From an uncultured Bacillota bacterium (GTDB taxonomy: Bacteria; Bacillota; DTU025; MWDF01), in NCBI GenBank assembly GCA_963823655.1, contig CAWGMK010000004.1, positions 1-64,000 on the forward strand: a DNA stretch of 64,000 nt. Reading direction: 5' to 3'. Shown one piece after another: positions 53,283 to 62,179 of this stretch. Under the pieces are notes generated by a model that saw only the letters and a list, made by a program, of their open reading frames with translations, was not told where the DNA came from and made no database searches. Positions within the stretch are counted from its first letter, which is position 1, and each line of letters starts with the position of its first letter. The position numbers and the translations under genes were made by a program.

Positions 53283-54377
53283 ATGATGAGAGAAAGCCTC
53301 ATTACGCCGCATGGCCCGATAAGCTTCCCCGCCTTCCTGCCGGATGCGACATACGGCGCGGTCAAGGCGGTAGATTCGCAAGACCTTTTAGATGCCGGGG
53401 TCCCTGCCCTGGTAATGAACGCATACCATCTGATGCAGAAGCCCGGCAGCACGACGGTGTCGGCTTTGGGCGGCATACACGAGATGAGCGCATGGGACCT
53501 TCCTATAATGACCGACTCGGGAGGCTTCCAGGCATATTCCGTAATAAAGGACGACCCTTCCAGGGGAAGCATAACCAAGGACGGCATTACTATCCTGCCG
53601 GAGGGGGCCAAAAGGAAATTCGCCCTCACGCCGGAGAAGTCAATACAGATCCAGCTGGCTTACGGCTCCGATATATTAGTCTGCCTGGACGAATGCACCC
53701 ATCCCGATGATGACAGGCAAGTCCAGGAGGGCGCGGTAAAAAGGACCCTTGAGTGGGCCGCAAGGTGCAAGGCGGAGTTTGAAAGGCTGATGTCGCAGAA
53801 GCGCGCAAGATCCGGCAGGCCGCTGCTATACGCAGTCGTGCAGGGCGGCAACTACGAGGACCTCAGGCTTGAATGCTCAAGGGAGCTTTCATCCATGGGA
53901 TTCGACGGGATGGGCTTCGGCGGCTGGCCGCTTGATAAGGACGGAATGCTCATAAAGGATATCTTAAGGACAGTGCGCGAGGGGCTGCCGGAGAGCATGC
54001 CGCTTCACGCGCTCGGCATAGGCCATCCTGATTATGTGATTGAGTGCTGGAACCTGGGATATGACACTTTCGACTGCTCGCTTCCCACAAGGGATGCGAG
54101 GCGCGGCAGGCTCTATACCTCAAGGGCGCCTGTAACGGACGCCACATTCGACAAGCGCTGGTTCAAATACGCCTATATGCAGGATGAGAAGTTCATAAAA
54201 GATAGATCTCCGGTGCAGCCCGGCTGCGACTGTCCCGTTTGCAGGGATTACAGCGCCGGCTACCTGCACCACCTGATGAAAAACGGCGAAGCCCTGTTCC
54301 AGAGGCTCGCCACAGTCCACAATCTAAGATTTATGACCGCGCTCACAGAAGAGCTCGGCAGAAGGGGCAGGCCATGA
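53283..54377 (+). CDS. tRNA-guanine transglycosylase family protein (divergent)
   Basis: NAYHL, TDSGGFQ, LDEC, VQGG, FDCSLPTRDAR, CDCPVC…H Zn site. Confidence 0.88.
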   Translation: MMRESLITPHGPISFPAFLPDATYGAVKAVDSQDLLDAGVPALVMNAYHLMQKPGSTTVSALGGIHEMSAWDLPIMTDSGGFQAYSVIKDDPSRGSITKDGITILPEGAKRKFALTPEKSIQIQLAYGSDILVCLDECTHPDDDRQVQEGAVKRTLEWAARCKAEFERLMSQKRARSGRPLLYAVVQGGNYEDLRLECSRELSSMGFDGMGFGGWPLDKDGMLIKDILRTVREGLPESMPLHALGIGHPDYVIECWNLGYDTFDCSLPTRDARRGRLYTSRAPVTDATFDKRWFKYAYMQDEKFIKDRSPVQPGCDCPVCRDYSAGYLHHLMKNGEALFQRLATVHNLRFMTALTEELGRRGRP

Positions 54378-55199
54378 CCGAAATGGACATCAGGGAGGGC
54401 ATGGCGCCAACTACAGCGGAGAAGCTGGCAGATTCAGTGCTGGGGCCAGTCGCCAGGCGCTTCATCTCGAGGCCTCTTGTCGTGAGGCTCGCCGAACAGG
54501 AGCTATCCAAGAGAAGCGAAAAAGAAGCCTTCAAAGAGGTGAAGGGCAGGCTGCACCAGCTGCTCCTATCATTCGAAGCCAGGCCCGCTGAATACCTCAA
54601 GCTGGCCAATGACCTGGCTGTCGCGGCGGCCGTCTGGGCAAGATGAGCTTAGAAAGGTCGCTCACAAGGGGCTGATGCTGCATGCCAGCACAAGAGAGCG
54701 CCTCATTTTCATGGAAGATTTCTACCGCAGGGTTTTCGAAGGGAAGGCTTACTCCAGCGTCGTAGACCTCGCCTGCGGGCTCAACCCGTTGTCTTTGCCA
54801 TGGATGGGCCTGCCTGAAAACGTAAGCTATCTGGCCGCAGATGCTTCGGACGGGCCGGGCGCAGCTGTTAGGTCGTTCTTCAAAGCCTGGGGCACCGATG
54901 GAAGATTCCTCCACTGCGACCTGTCCCAAGGGCTTCCGGAGGGCCGCTTCGACGTCGCGCTCCTGATGAAGGCCCTTCCTACGCTGGACCGGATCAAGGA
55001 GGGGCTTGGAATCGAGTGCGTAGACGCAGTCGATGCACCGGTTGTCGTGGTGAGCTTCCCTACCAGGAGCCTGGGTGGCAAGCGCAAAGGCATGGGGCGC
55101 AGCTACGAAGAGGGCTTTTCAGTCGCCGCAGACAAGGCAGGCTGGTCATATACGAAAATCGAGTTTCCGGGCGAGCTCGCCTTCATAGTCAGGAAGTGA
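54374..55199 (+). CDS. 16S rRNA m7G1405 methyltransferase, ArmA/Rmt (FmrO) family; one frameshift near 54630
   Basis: HASTRERL, DLACGLNPL, ALLMKALP.L, VVSFPTRSLGGKRKGM…Y; ATGA overlap with the tgt-like gene. Confidence 0.85.
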
Positions 55200-55205
55200 T
55201 GCTAA

Positions 55206-55950
55206 TTGGATAAGGGCAAGCTGCATGTTGTAGCCACTCCTATAGGCAATATGGGCGATATTACCGCAAGGGCGGTTGAGGTGCTCAAAAGCGCGGACAT
55301 CGTCGCAAGCGAGGATACCAGGACCACCGGGATATTCCTAAGCAGGCTGGGCATAAAAAGGCCGCAGCTCTCCTTCCATTCTTTCAATGAAGAGGCGGCG
55401 GGCATGCGCATCGTTACGGAGCTGGAGCTGGGCAAGAACGTTGCTTTGGTATCCGATGCCGGCACTCCCGGAATATCGGATCCGGGCTATAGCATAGTCA
55501 AGCTGGCAGTTGAGAAGGGCTATGAAGTAACCATGGCCCCCGGGCCAACCGCGCTAATAATGGCCCTGGTACTATCCGCGCTGCCTACATCGAGCTTCAC
55601 TTTCAGGGGCTTCCCGCCGAGGACGTCATCGAAGAGGAGGAAATTCTTCGGCGAGGACATCAGAAAGCCCCCATACTCTGGTATACTACGAGAGTCCGCA
55701 CAGGCTGGTCGAATGCCTGCAAGATATGCTGCAGGCCCTTGGCGATCGCAGGATCGCATTGTGCAATGACCTGACCAAGAAGTTCGAAAATGTCATAAGA
55801 TGCAATATTTCTCAGGCTTTGGTCATGCTTGCAGGTGAGAAAGCCCTTTTGGGCGAATATGTTATCGTTGTGGAAAGCGCAGTCAAAGACAAAGTCAGAA
55901 AACTAAAAGGCAACAAATTCAGGCCGGAAGGTGATGCAGATGGCGAGTAA
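55206..55950 (+). CDS. rsmI: 16S rRNA Cm1402 2'-O-methyltransferase RsmI (frameshifted)
   Basis: VATPIGNMGDIT.RA, EDTRTT, LVSDAGTPGISDPG, YESPHR, LTKKFE, GEYVIVV. Confidence 0.92.
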
Positions 55951-57110
55951 TGGAGGCAATTCCAGAGGTATCCTCGGTTGGCTGGTACTTCTGATAGTAA
56001 TACTTGGCATAGCTGCCGCATTTTTCGCTTTCAACCTTGATGAGCTGGCCAAGTATGAGTATTACAAGCTTACCTACAAAGTATCGGACGACCCTGCCGC
56101 AAAGGACTTCTCCGGGTTTTATTCCAGGAAATCGGGCAGCATTAGCGTCTCCATGGATATTCGGGCCTTCACCCTCTATGCCTTCCTTGAGGGCGTCGCG
56201 GGATATGAGGACGAGTACGGTGCCACGAAAAGCAAGGAGAGGCAGCAGCTCGACAACGATATGGAATCGAGGCTTGCCGCAGTTCCTGCAAGCAGGATCA
56301 AGCGCTGGAAGGACTTCTACGACAAGCATCCCTACAATGTCTATACATACTTGCATTACGTGCTTGCCCTCGGGACGCCCGCCGGAGTTCGAGTACATAA
56401 TCCCCAAGGCCGACATCGATGAAAAGGATTTCTTCATGCTGGGCGGATTCAACAAGGTGCTAAAGGACTTCTACGAGATACTGAAGATCGACGAGCTCTA
56501 TGCCTGGCATAAAAGCGCCGGCTTCTTCAAAGTCGTAGATGCTTATGACCTGGCCAAATTGCTCGAACAGCAGAAATTCGTGCATAAGTATCTGAGGATA
56601 GACTCGAGCAGGACGTCCCAGATATCGCTTAATGTAATCCCCATGCCCTATGAATCGCACTATGTCGCCTATTCAGTGACGTATGGGCACATGGCCTACT
56701 TAATAGACGGGCCGGACGCCTCGGACGGGAACCTTAATTGGCATGAGTACCTGCATGTATTCGTAAGCCCTGCCGTGAAGAACACGATTTGGGCCTATCA
56801 GTCGAAGTTCAACGACATCTTCGAGAGGAACCGACAGAAGGAATACGTTAAGGGCAGCTATGAGAGGCTTGATTCCTTCGTGGCCGAGTGCATCATAAGG
56901 GCCCTGGATCACAAAATCCAGGTAGCTTACGCGCCGTCATGGGCTAAGGACTCCTTACTGAAGAAGCTCAATGACATGGAGAAGGCCGAGATACTAAACG
57001 GCTTCGCCCTTATCCCATACTTCTCGCAGGAGCTGAGCAAATTCGAGACCGAAGGTGCAATAGACATAACGTCCTTCGTGAAGAAGACTTTATCCGATTA
57101 CACGAATTAG
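55931..57110 (+). CDS. Membrane-anchored hypothetical protein with HExxH motif (frameshift near 56370)
   Basis: N-terminal TM helix; WHEYLH…E.IIRA. Confidence 0.55.
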
Positions 57111-57133
57111 GACAACCAAATATCAATATACAT

Positions 57134-57167
57134 AGGACAAGGGGCGCCGCTCGGCGCCCCTTGTCTA
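57134..57167. terminator. Terminator hairpin
   Basis: GACAAGGGGCGCC…GGCGCCCCTTGTC between convergent genes. Confidence 0.7.
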
Positions 57168-57204
57168 TTCTCAGCACTTATTCTATCGGCTGCGCCAATC
57201 CAGG

Positions 57205-58413
57205 CTACTCATACCTCAGCGCGTCCACAGGCTGCAGGGCAGCCGCCTTGTTCGCAGGGTAAACGCCGAAGAACAGCCCGATGCCGATGGAGAATGTCAG
57301 GGCAAGTGCCACCGAATACCAGGGGATTAGCCCGGGCCATCCGGCCAGGCTGCTAACAAGGTAAGCTATCCCAAGCCCGAGTATTGTGCCGACCGCACCG
57401 CCTGTGAAGCTTATCATGACGGCCTCCATCAAGAACTGCGCCAGTATGTCCTTCCTCGTCGCGCCCAGCGCCTTTCTTATGCCGATCTCCCTTATCCTCT
57501 CCGTCACGGATACTAGCATTATGTTCATTATGCCGATGCCGCCCACTACCAGCGACACGGCGGCAATCCCTGCCAAAAGGCTTGTCAGAGTGCCTGTTAT
57601 CGTACTCAGGGTATCAAGGATGTCGGCCTGGTTGGCGACGTTGAAGTTCTCAGCAAACCCCATCTTGGCCAGAAGCGTCTTCTCCACAGCGTTCTGGGCC
57701 GCGGCCATGTTCTTGGCCTCATCAACCGATATATAGATGGTGCTCAGCTCGTCGTTGCCTGTCATGCGCCGCTGGACGGTAGTTATAGGAAGCAGCACCT
57801 GGTCCATCCTGACGCCGGTCATGGCTCTAAAGAAGCCGATCTGCACGGCCGTGTAGGTGCCCGCCACCCTGTACGTGGAGCCTAATATGTTCACCTGTTT
57901 GCCGACAGGCTCTTCTCCTTCGAAAAGGTCCGCCGCCATTTCGTCAGTTATCAGGCAGATTCTGTCTCCCCTTCTGATCTCATCCTCGCTGAATCCCCTG
58001 CCCTTTACTATCTCATAGTCCCTAACATCCAGATAATTGCCGGTGGCGCCTATGACGCTTACGTTAAGGGAAACCTTTCCATACTTGACCGCAACCCCGC
58101 CCTTAGATACTTCGCCTGCCGCAGCCTCTATCAGGGGAACGGTGCGTATCAGCTCATCTAGCACCGAGTTGTCCAGGACAGGAGTCTGCCTTGGCGATGA
58201 CACCTGTTTCTCCTCGCCCGGCATCACGAACAGGATATTGGAGCCCAAGCCCTCGATACTGCTCACTACCTCGGCCCTGGCCCCTTCGCCGATCGCTATT
58301 ATGATGATCACCGCAGCGACGCCAATTACCACGCCGAGGCTGGTTAAAAAGGCCCTCAGGGGATTGGTCCTGATGCCGTTTATGGCGAGCTTCGAAGCCT
58401 CATTAATCCTCAT
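57205..58413 (-). CDS. MacB/FtsX-type ABC permease
   Basis: LGVVIGVAAV, GGIGIMNIMLVSVTERIREIGIRKALGA, ALRYE. Confidence 0.93.
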   Translation of the reverse strand: MRINEASKLAINGIRTNPLRAFLTSLGVVIGVAAVIIIIAIGEGARAEVVSSIEGLGSNILFVMPGEEKQVSSPRQTPVLDNSVLDELIRTVPLIEAAAGEVSKGGVAVKYGKVSLNVSVIGATGNYLDVRDYEIVKGRGFSEDEIRRGDRICLITDEMAADLFEGEEPVGKQVNILGSTYRVAGTYTAVQIGFFRAMTGVRMDQVLLPITTVQRRMTGNDELSTIYISVDEAKNMAAAQNAVEKTLLAKMGFAENFNVANQADILDTLSTITGTLTSLLAGIAAVSLVVGGIGIMNIMLVSVTERIREIGIRKALGATRKDILAQFLMEAVMISFTGGAVGTILGLGIAYLVSSLAGWPGLIPWYSVALALTFSIGIGLFFGVYPANKAAALQPVDALRYE

Positions 58414-59107
58414 CGCCGTACACCCCTTTGGTACGGACGGTGTCTTTTATCAGCAGCCCGTCTCGAAACTGCATGTTCCTGTCCGCGTACGCCGCGATGT
58501 CCTTCTCGTGGGTTATGAGCACTATGGTCCTTCCTTCCTCGTTCATCCTGCAGAAAGCCTTCATGATGTCCTCGCTGTTCTTGGAGTCGAGGTTTCCGGT
58601 GGGCTCGTCCGCAAGGATCATCTTCGGCTCGAGCACCAGCGCCCTTGCGATCGCAACCCTCTGCTGCTCTCCGCCTGAGAGCTGCTTGGGCTTGTGATGC
58701 GATTTGTTCTTGAGCCCCAGGGCATCAAGCGCCTTTTCCGCCTTGCCGCGCCTTAAAGAGGACGGTGTGCCCGCATATGCCATCGGAAGCATGACGTTCT
58801 CAAGCGCTGTTAGCCTGGGCAATAGGTTGAAGGCCTGGAATACGAAGCCTATGTCGCGGTTCCTGGTCCTTGCAAGCTCGGTGTCCCCCATGCCTGATAC
58901 CAGATTTCCGGAGAGGTGATACTCCCCTGAGGTCGGCCGGTCCAGACAGCCCAATATATTCATAAGGGTGGACTTTCCGGATCCCGAGGGGCCCATGATC
59001 GCCACGAACTCTCCCTCTTCGATGCCGAAGTTAACGCCGGCAAGCGCCCTTACGCAGCCGTCACCCATCGGGTACTCTTTAACGAGGTCCTTTACTTCTA
59101 TTAGCAA
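58403..59107 (-). CDS. ABC ATPase (MacB/LolD type)
   Basis: GPSGSGKST, LSGGEQQR, ADEPTGNLD. Confidence 0.95.
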   Translation of the reverse strand: MLIEVKDLVKEYPMGDGCVRALAGVNFGIEEGEFVAIMGPSGSGKSTLMNILGCLDRPTSGEYHLSGNLVSGMGDTELARTRNRDIGFVFQAFNLLPRLTALENVMLPMAYAGTPSSLRRGKAEKALDALGLKNKSHHKPKQLSGGEQQRVAIARALVLEPKMILADEPTGNLDSKNSEDIMKAFCRMNEEGRTIVLITHEKDIAAYADRNMQFRDGLLIKDTVRTKGVYGDED

Positions 59108-59111
59108 AGGC

Positions 59112-60218
59112 TCACCTCCCGCCCGTCATCCGGGACCTGAGGTTGAAAAGCCCGCCGCCAGTTTGCGCCTCTTCATCGCCGGGCGTCGTATCCTGGTAAA
59201 TCGTCTCGCCGTCGGTTAAACCCTCTAGCACCTCCACCGAATCATCGCCCTCTTCGCCCAGCACTACCTGCCTTGCTACAGGTTTGCCCGAGCTATCTAG
59301 CGCAATTACCCAGAAGCTGCCGTCCTTCTCATAGGAGTAGCCGTGGGGGATAATGAGCGCGCCTGCCTTCTCATAGGCATTGATGCTGATGTCGGCGCTC
59401 ATGCCGGGCTTCATCTTGTAGTTCACGCCATCTATATCGACGCGCACCATGTAGCTGACCATGCCGCCCGACTTTATCGGGTTCAGGATAATCCCGGTCA
59501 CTGTGCCTTCGAATTCCTGCTCTCCCAGCGCCGGCACTATGACATCAACAGTCATGTCCAGCTTCACCTGGTTGACATCGAATTCCGATACAGGCGCCAG
59601 CACATACCACGAATCCACGGCGATGACCTCGGCTAGCGGGTTCGATGCTCCCGTCGAGGAAAGCTCCTGGCCCAATCTGCCCTCCAGTATCGTGAGTATG
59701 CCGTCAAAAGGCGCCCTGTAGGTAAGCTTGCCCTGGGCGTCCACCAGTTTTTTATATGAGCTTTCAAGCTGGGCGGTGTCCTTTGCAGGAGAAGCGCCGA
59801 GGCCTGGCACTATCGATGAGAGCATCGACAAGTCCATTGACCCCGAAACCTGGCGTACAGCATCCTGCTGGGCTGAGCTAAGCTCTGCTTGCGCCTTGTC
59901 TACTTCCTGCTCAAGCCCCGAGCTTTCGTACTTTACGATAAGGCCGCCCTTCAGCACCGTATCCCCGGGCCTTGCCTTCATCTCCGTCACCTTGACCGGG
60001 TAGGGTATGTAAAGTATGTCGCGCCTTCCCGCCTTCAGCTCGCCTGATGCGCCGATGGACCTTGTTATGCTTCCGGTCGTGGCCTTACCCTCCAAAAGCC
60101 CTTCGAAGGGATCAGCCAGAGAGTCCAGCCTCCTCTGACGGAAATACCTAAGCCCTAATAAAACCGCAACTACCAGTGCGGCGATTATGATTATCCTTAC
60201 GGTCTTGCTCTTTAGCAA
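59112..60218 (-). CDS. Membrane fusion (periplasmic adaptor) protein
   Basis: N-terminal TM, lipoyl-like half motifs, RAPFDG, KPGMSA, VEVLEGL. Confidence 0.85.
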   Translation of the reverse strand: MLKSKTVRIIIIAALVVAVLLGLRYFRQRRLDSLADPFEGLLEGKATTGSITRSIGASGELKAGRRDILYIPYPVKVTEMKARPGDTVLKGGLIVKYESSGLEQEVDKAQAELSSAQQDAVRQVSGSMDLSMLSSIVPGLGASPAKDTAQLESSYKKLVDAQGKLTYRAPFDGILTILEGRLGQELSSTGASNPLAEVIAVDSWYVLAPVSEFDVNQVKLDMTVDVIVPALGEQEFEGTVTGIILNPIKSGGMVSYMVRVDIDGVNYKMKPGMSADISINAYEKAGALIIPHGYSYEKDGSFWVIALDSSGKPVARQVVLGEEGDDSVEVLEGLTDGETIYQDTTPGDEEAQTGGGLFNLRSRMTGGR

Positions 60219-60421
60219 TCGAAGCCCTCCATTCGTGGTCCGCGTATGCTCTTCATGTGTGCGCACTACATGCGATAGAGATAATTGTATGCTATTGTTA
60301 GTTCGAATAATATGAGACCTTTATATTAACGAATTCTGCTTATAGATATCACCGGGCGGAACATAAACGGTTCTGCAACGTCATCCGTAATAGGATTATT
60401 ATGCTTGAAAGGCGGAGTGAG

Positions 60422-61003
60422 ATGAGAAAGGTATTTTATTCGGTCATACTGGCCGCAATATTCATGGCGATGTTGATGCCCGCATCCATTCTCCGAGCAG
60501 CGGAAGCGCTGCCGGCCGGACCTTTCTTGCAGTCCAATCAGAAGGCTACGATCGGCGGCTGGGAGATCCAAGTCTCCAACGGCATCAAATGGACCAAGGA
60601 GATGAAGAACACCTCTTCCTCGCAAGCCGGCAGCACAAGCAACCAAGCCGGTAACCAGCAAAGCAACAGCGCAAATAAGCAGACGCAGACGGCATCGAAG
60701 AAATCCCAGGACGGCATGACTTTCGCGCTGATACCTGTGACTATAAAAAACGTCTCCTCGAAGACTTCAAGCCTGCTTGTGGGAGTATGGAACTTCTACG
60801 ATTACACCGGAAAAGCATACCTGATGCTCACTCTGGGAATCGACTTCCTGCCGACAGAGGACCAGCTTAACATGAAGGAGTTCAAGCCCGGCGAGAGCCG
60901 CAAAGGCTACCTTCCCTTCGAGCTGCCTGACGGCCTGGACAAGAAGGACAAATACATGCAGCTGATAATACCCCTGATAGGCAGCGCCACCTGGAAGCTG
61001 TAG
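60422..61003 (+). CDS. Secreted DUF4352-like (Ig-fold) protein
   Basis: Signal peptide, VTIKN, PGESRKGYLPFELP; ECF-like promoter GGAAC-N16-CGTCA at 60358-60383. Confidence 0.6.
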   Translation: MRKVFYSVILAAIFMAMLMPASILRAAEALPAGPFLQSNQKATIGGWEIQVSNGIKWTKEMKNTSSSQAGSTSNQAGNQQSNSANKQTQTASKKSQDGMTFALIPVTIKNVSSKTSSLLVGVWNFYDYTGKAYLMLTLGIDFLPTEDQLNMKEFKPGESRKGYLPFELPDGLDKKDKYMQLIIPLIGSATWKL

Positions 61004-61076
61004 CGCATCAGGGATTTCGATAGAAGACGCTCGGCCGAAACCGAGCGTTTTATTTTTGGACCCTAAATGGGCCATC

Positions 61077-61589
61077 CTATCTCCGAAGCAATGCCAGCAG
61101 CGCCTTAAGAAAAGCCGGCAGGTCGTCCGGCTTCCTGGACGTAACCAGGTTGCCGTCCACTACGACTTCCGCATCCTCCCAAAGCGCTCCCGCGTTCGTC
61201 ATATCGTCCTTGATGGCAGTATATGATGTCAGCTTCTTCCCCCTGGCCACGCCCGCCGACGCCAATACCCAGGGCCCGTGACAAATCGCACCCACCGGCT
61301 TGCCGGATTGGACCATCTCCCACGTAATGCGCTTCGCTTCCCTGTCCATCCTTATCTTATCCGGCGCGAATCCCCCTGGAATGACGAGTGCCGCGTAATC
61401 TGAGATGTTGATCTCCTGATATGTTTTACCCGCCATCGCCGGGTAGCCGTACTTGCCATTGTAGATCCTGCCCCTCTCGGCTCCTACTAGATCCACGTCG
61501 AATCCCGCCTCAAGGAATCTGTAGTACGGGTACATAATCTCCATGTCCTGGAACAAATTGTCCACAAATATCGCTACTTTTCCCGACAT
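61077..61589 (-). CDS. PfpI/DJ-1 family protein
   Basis: FQDME, IPGGFAPD, AICHGP, VVDGNLVTSRKPDDL. Confidence 0.92.
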   Translation of the reverse strand: MSGKVAIFVDNLFQDMEIMYPYYRFLEAGFDVDLVGAERGRIYNGKYGYPAMAGKTYQEINISDYAALVIPGGFAPDKIRMDREAKRITWEMVQSGKPVGAICHGPWVLASAGVARGKKLTSYTAIKDDMTNAGALWEDAEVVVDGNLVTSRKPDDLPAFLKALLALLRR

Positions 61590-61753
61590 ATGATCCCTCC
61601 TTTAGTCATGGCCGTATTGCTGCATTCTACACGCCTTGGCACATACCTTCAATGCCTGCTCGGCGCCGCAGATATTAATATTCGGAGGAAATCATGTGAA
61701 AAGGAACTAAAGCTGCTCACTTTAAGTTTCTTATAATGTAACTACAAACACTA

Positions 61754-61782
61754 TTGATATTTCTTGAGCAATATCTTAATAT
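61754..61782 (+). promoter_or_regulatory. Promoter with dyad in spacer upstream of MerR-dnaK
   Basis: TTGATA-N17-TAATAT; GATATT-N8-AATATC dyad containing CTTGAG. Confidence 0.45.
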
Positions 61783-61812
61783 ATTCACATAAATGAAATC
61801 AAACAGAAGGGG

Positions 61813-62112
61813 GTGATGCAAATGTCAAAGTTCCACGGACCGGATGAGCCGGTGTACACGATACAGGTGGCAGCAAGGCTGACATCCGTATCCCCTCCCA
61901 TGCTCCGATACCTCGAGAGGATGGGGCTTGTGCTCCCCACAAGGACCGAGGGCAACATAAGGCTCTACTCCGAAAACGACCTGGAACTTGTGCAGCGCAT
62001 CGCCTATCTCATCAGGGAAGCAAAGGTTAACGCCGCGGGCGTGAAGGTGATTCTCCAGATGGAAGTAGGCCGCGCAGTCATCATCAGCGATATCGATAAG
62101 GGCGATGAGTAG
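61813..62112 (+). CDS. MerR-family regulator, HspR-like
   Basis: EPVYTIQVAARL…LRYLERMGLV.P.RTEGNIRLYSEND…VNAAGVKVIL; directly upstream of dnaK. Confidence 0.82.
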   Translation: MMQMSKFHGPDEPVYTIQVAARLTSVSPPMLRYLERMGLVLPTRTEGNIRLYSENDLELVQRIAYLIREAKVNAAGVKVILQMEVGRAVIISDIDKGDE

Positions 62113-62179
62113 CCAAAACAGGCAACTCGAAATTTAAGAAGCAACAACTTTTACATATAAACCGAAGGAGAGGAATAAC

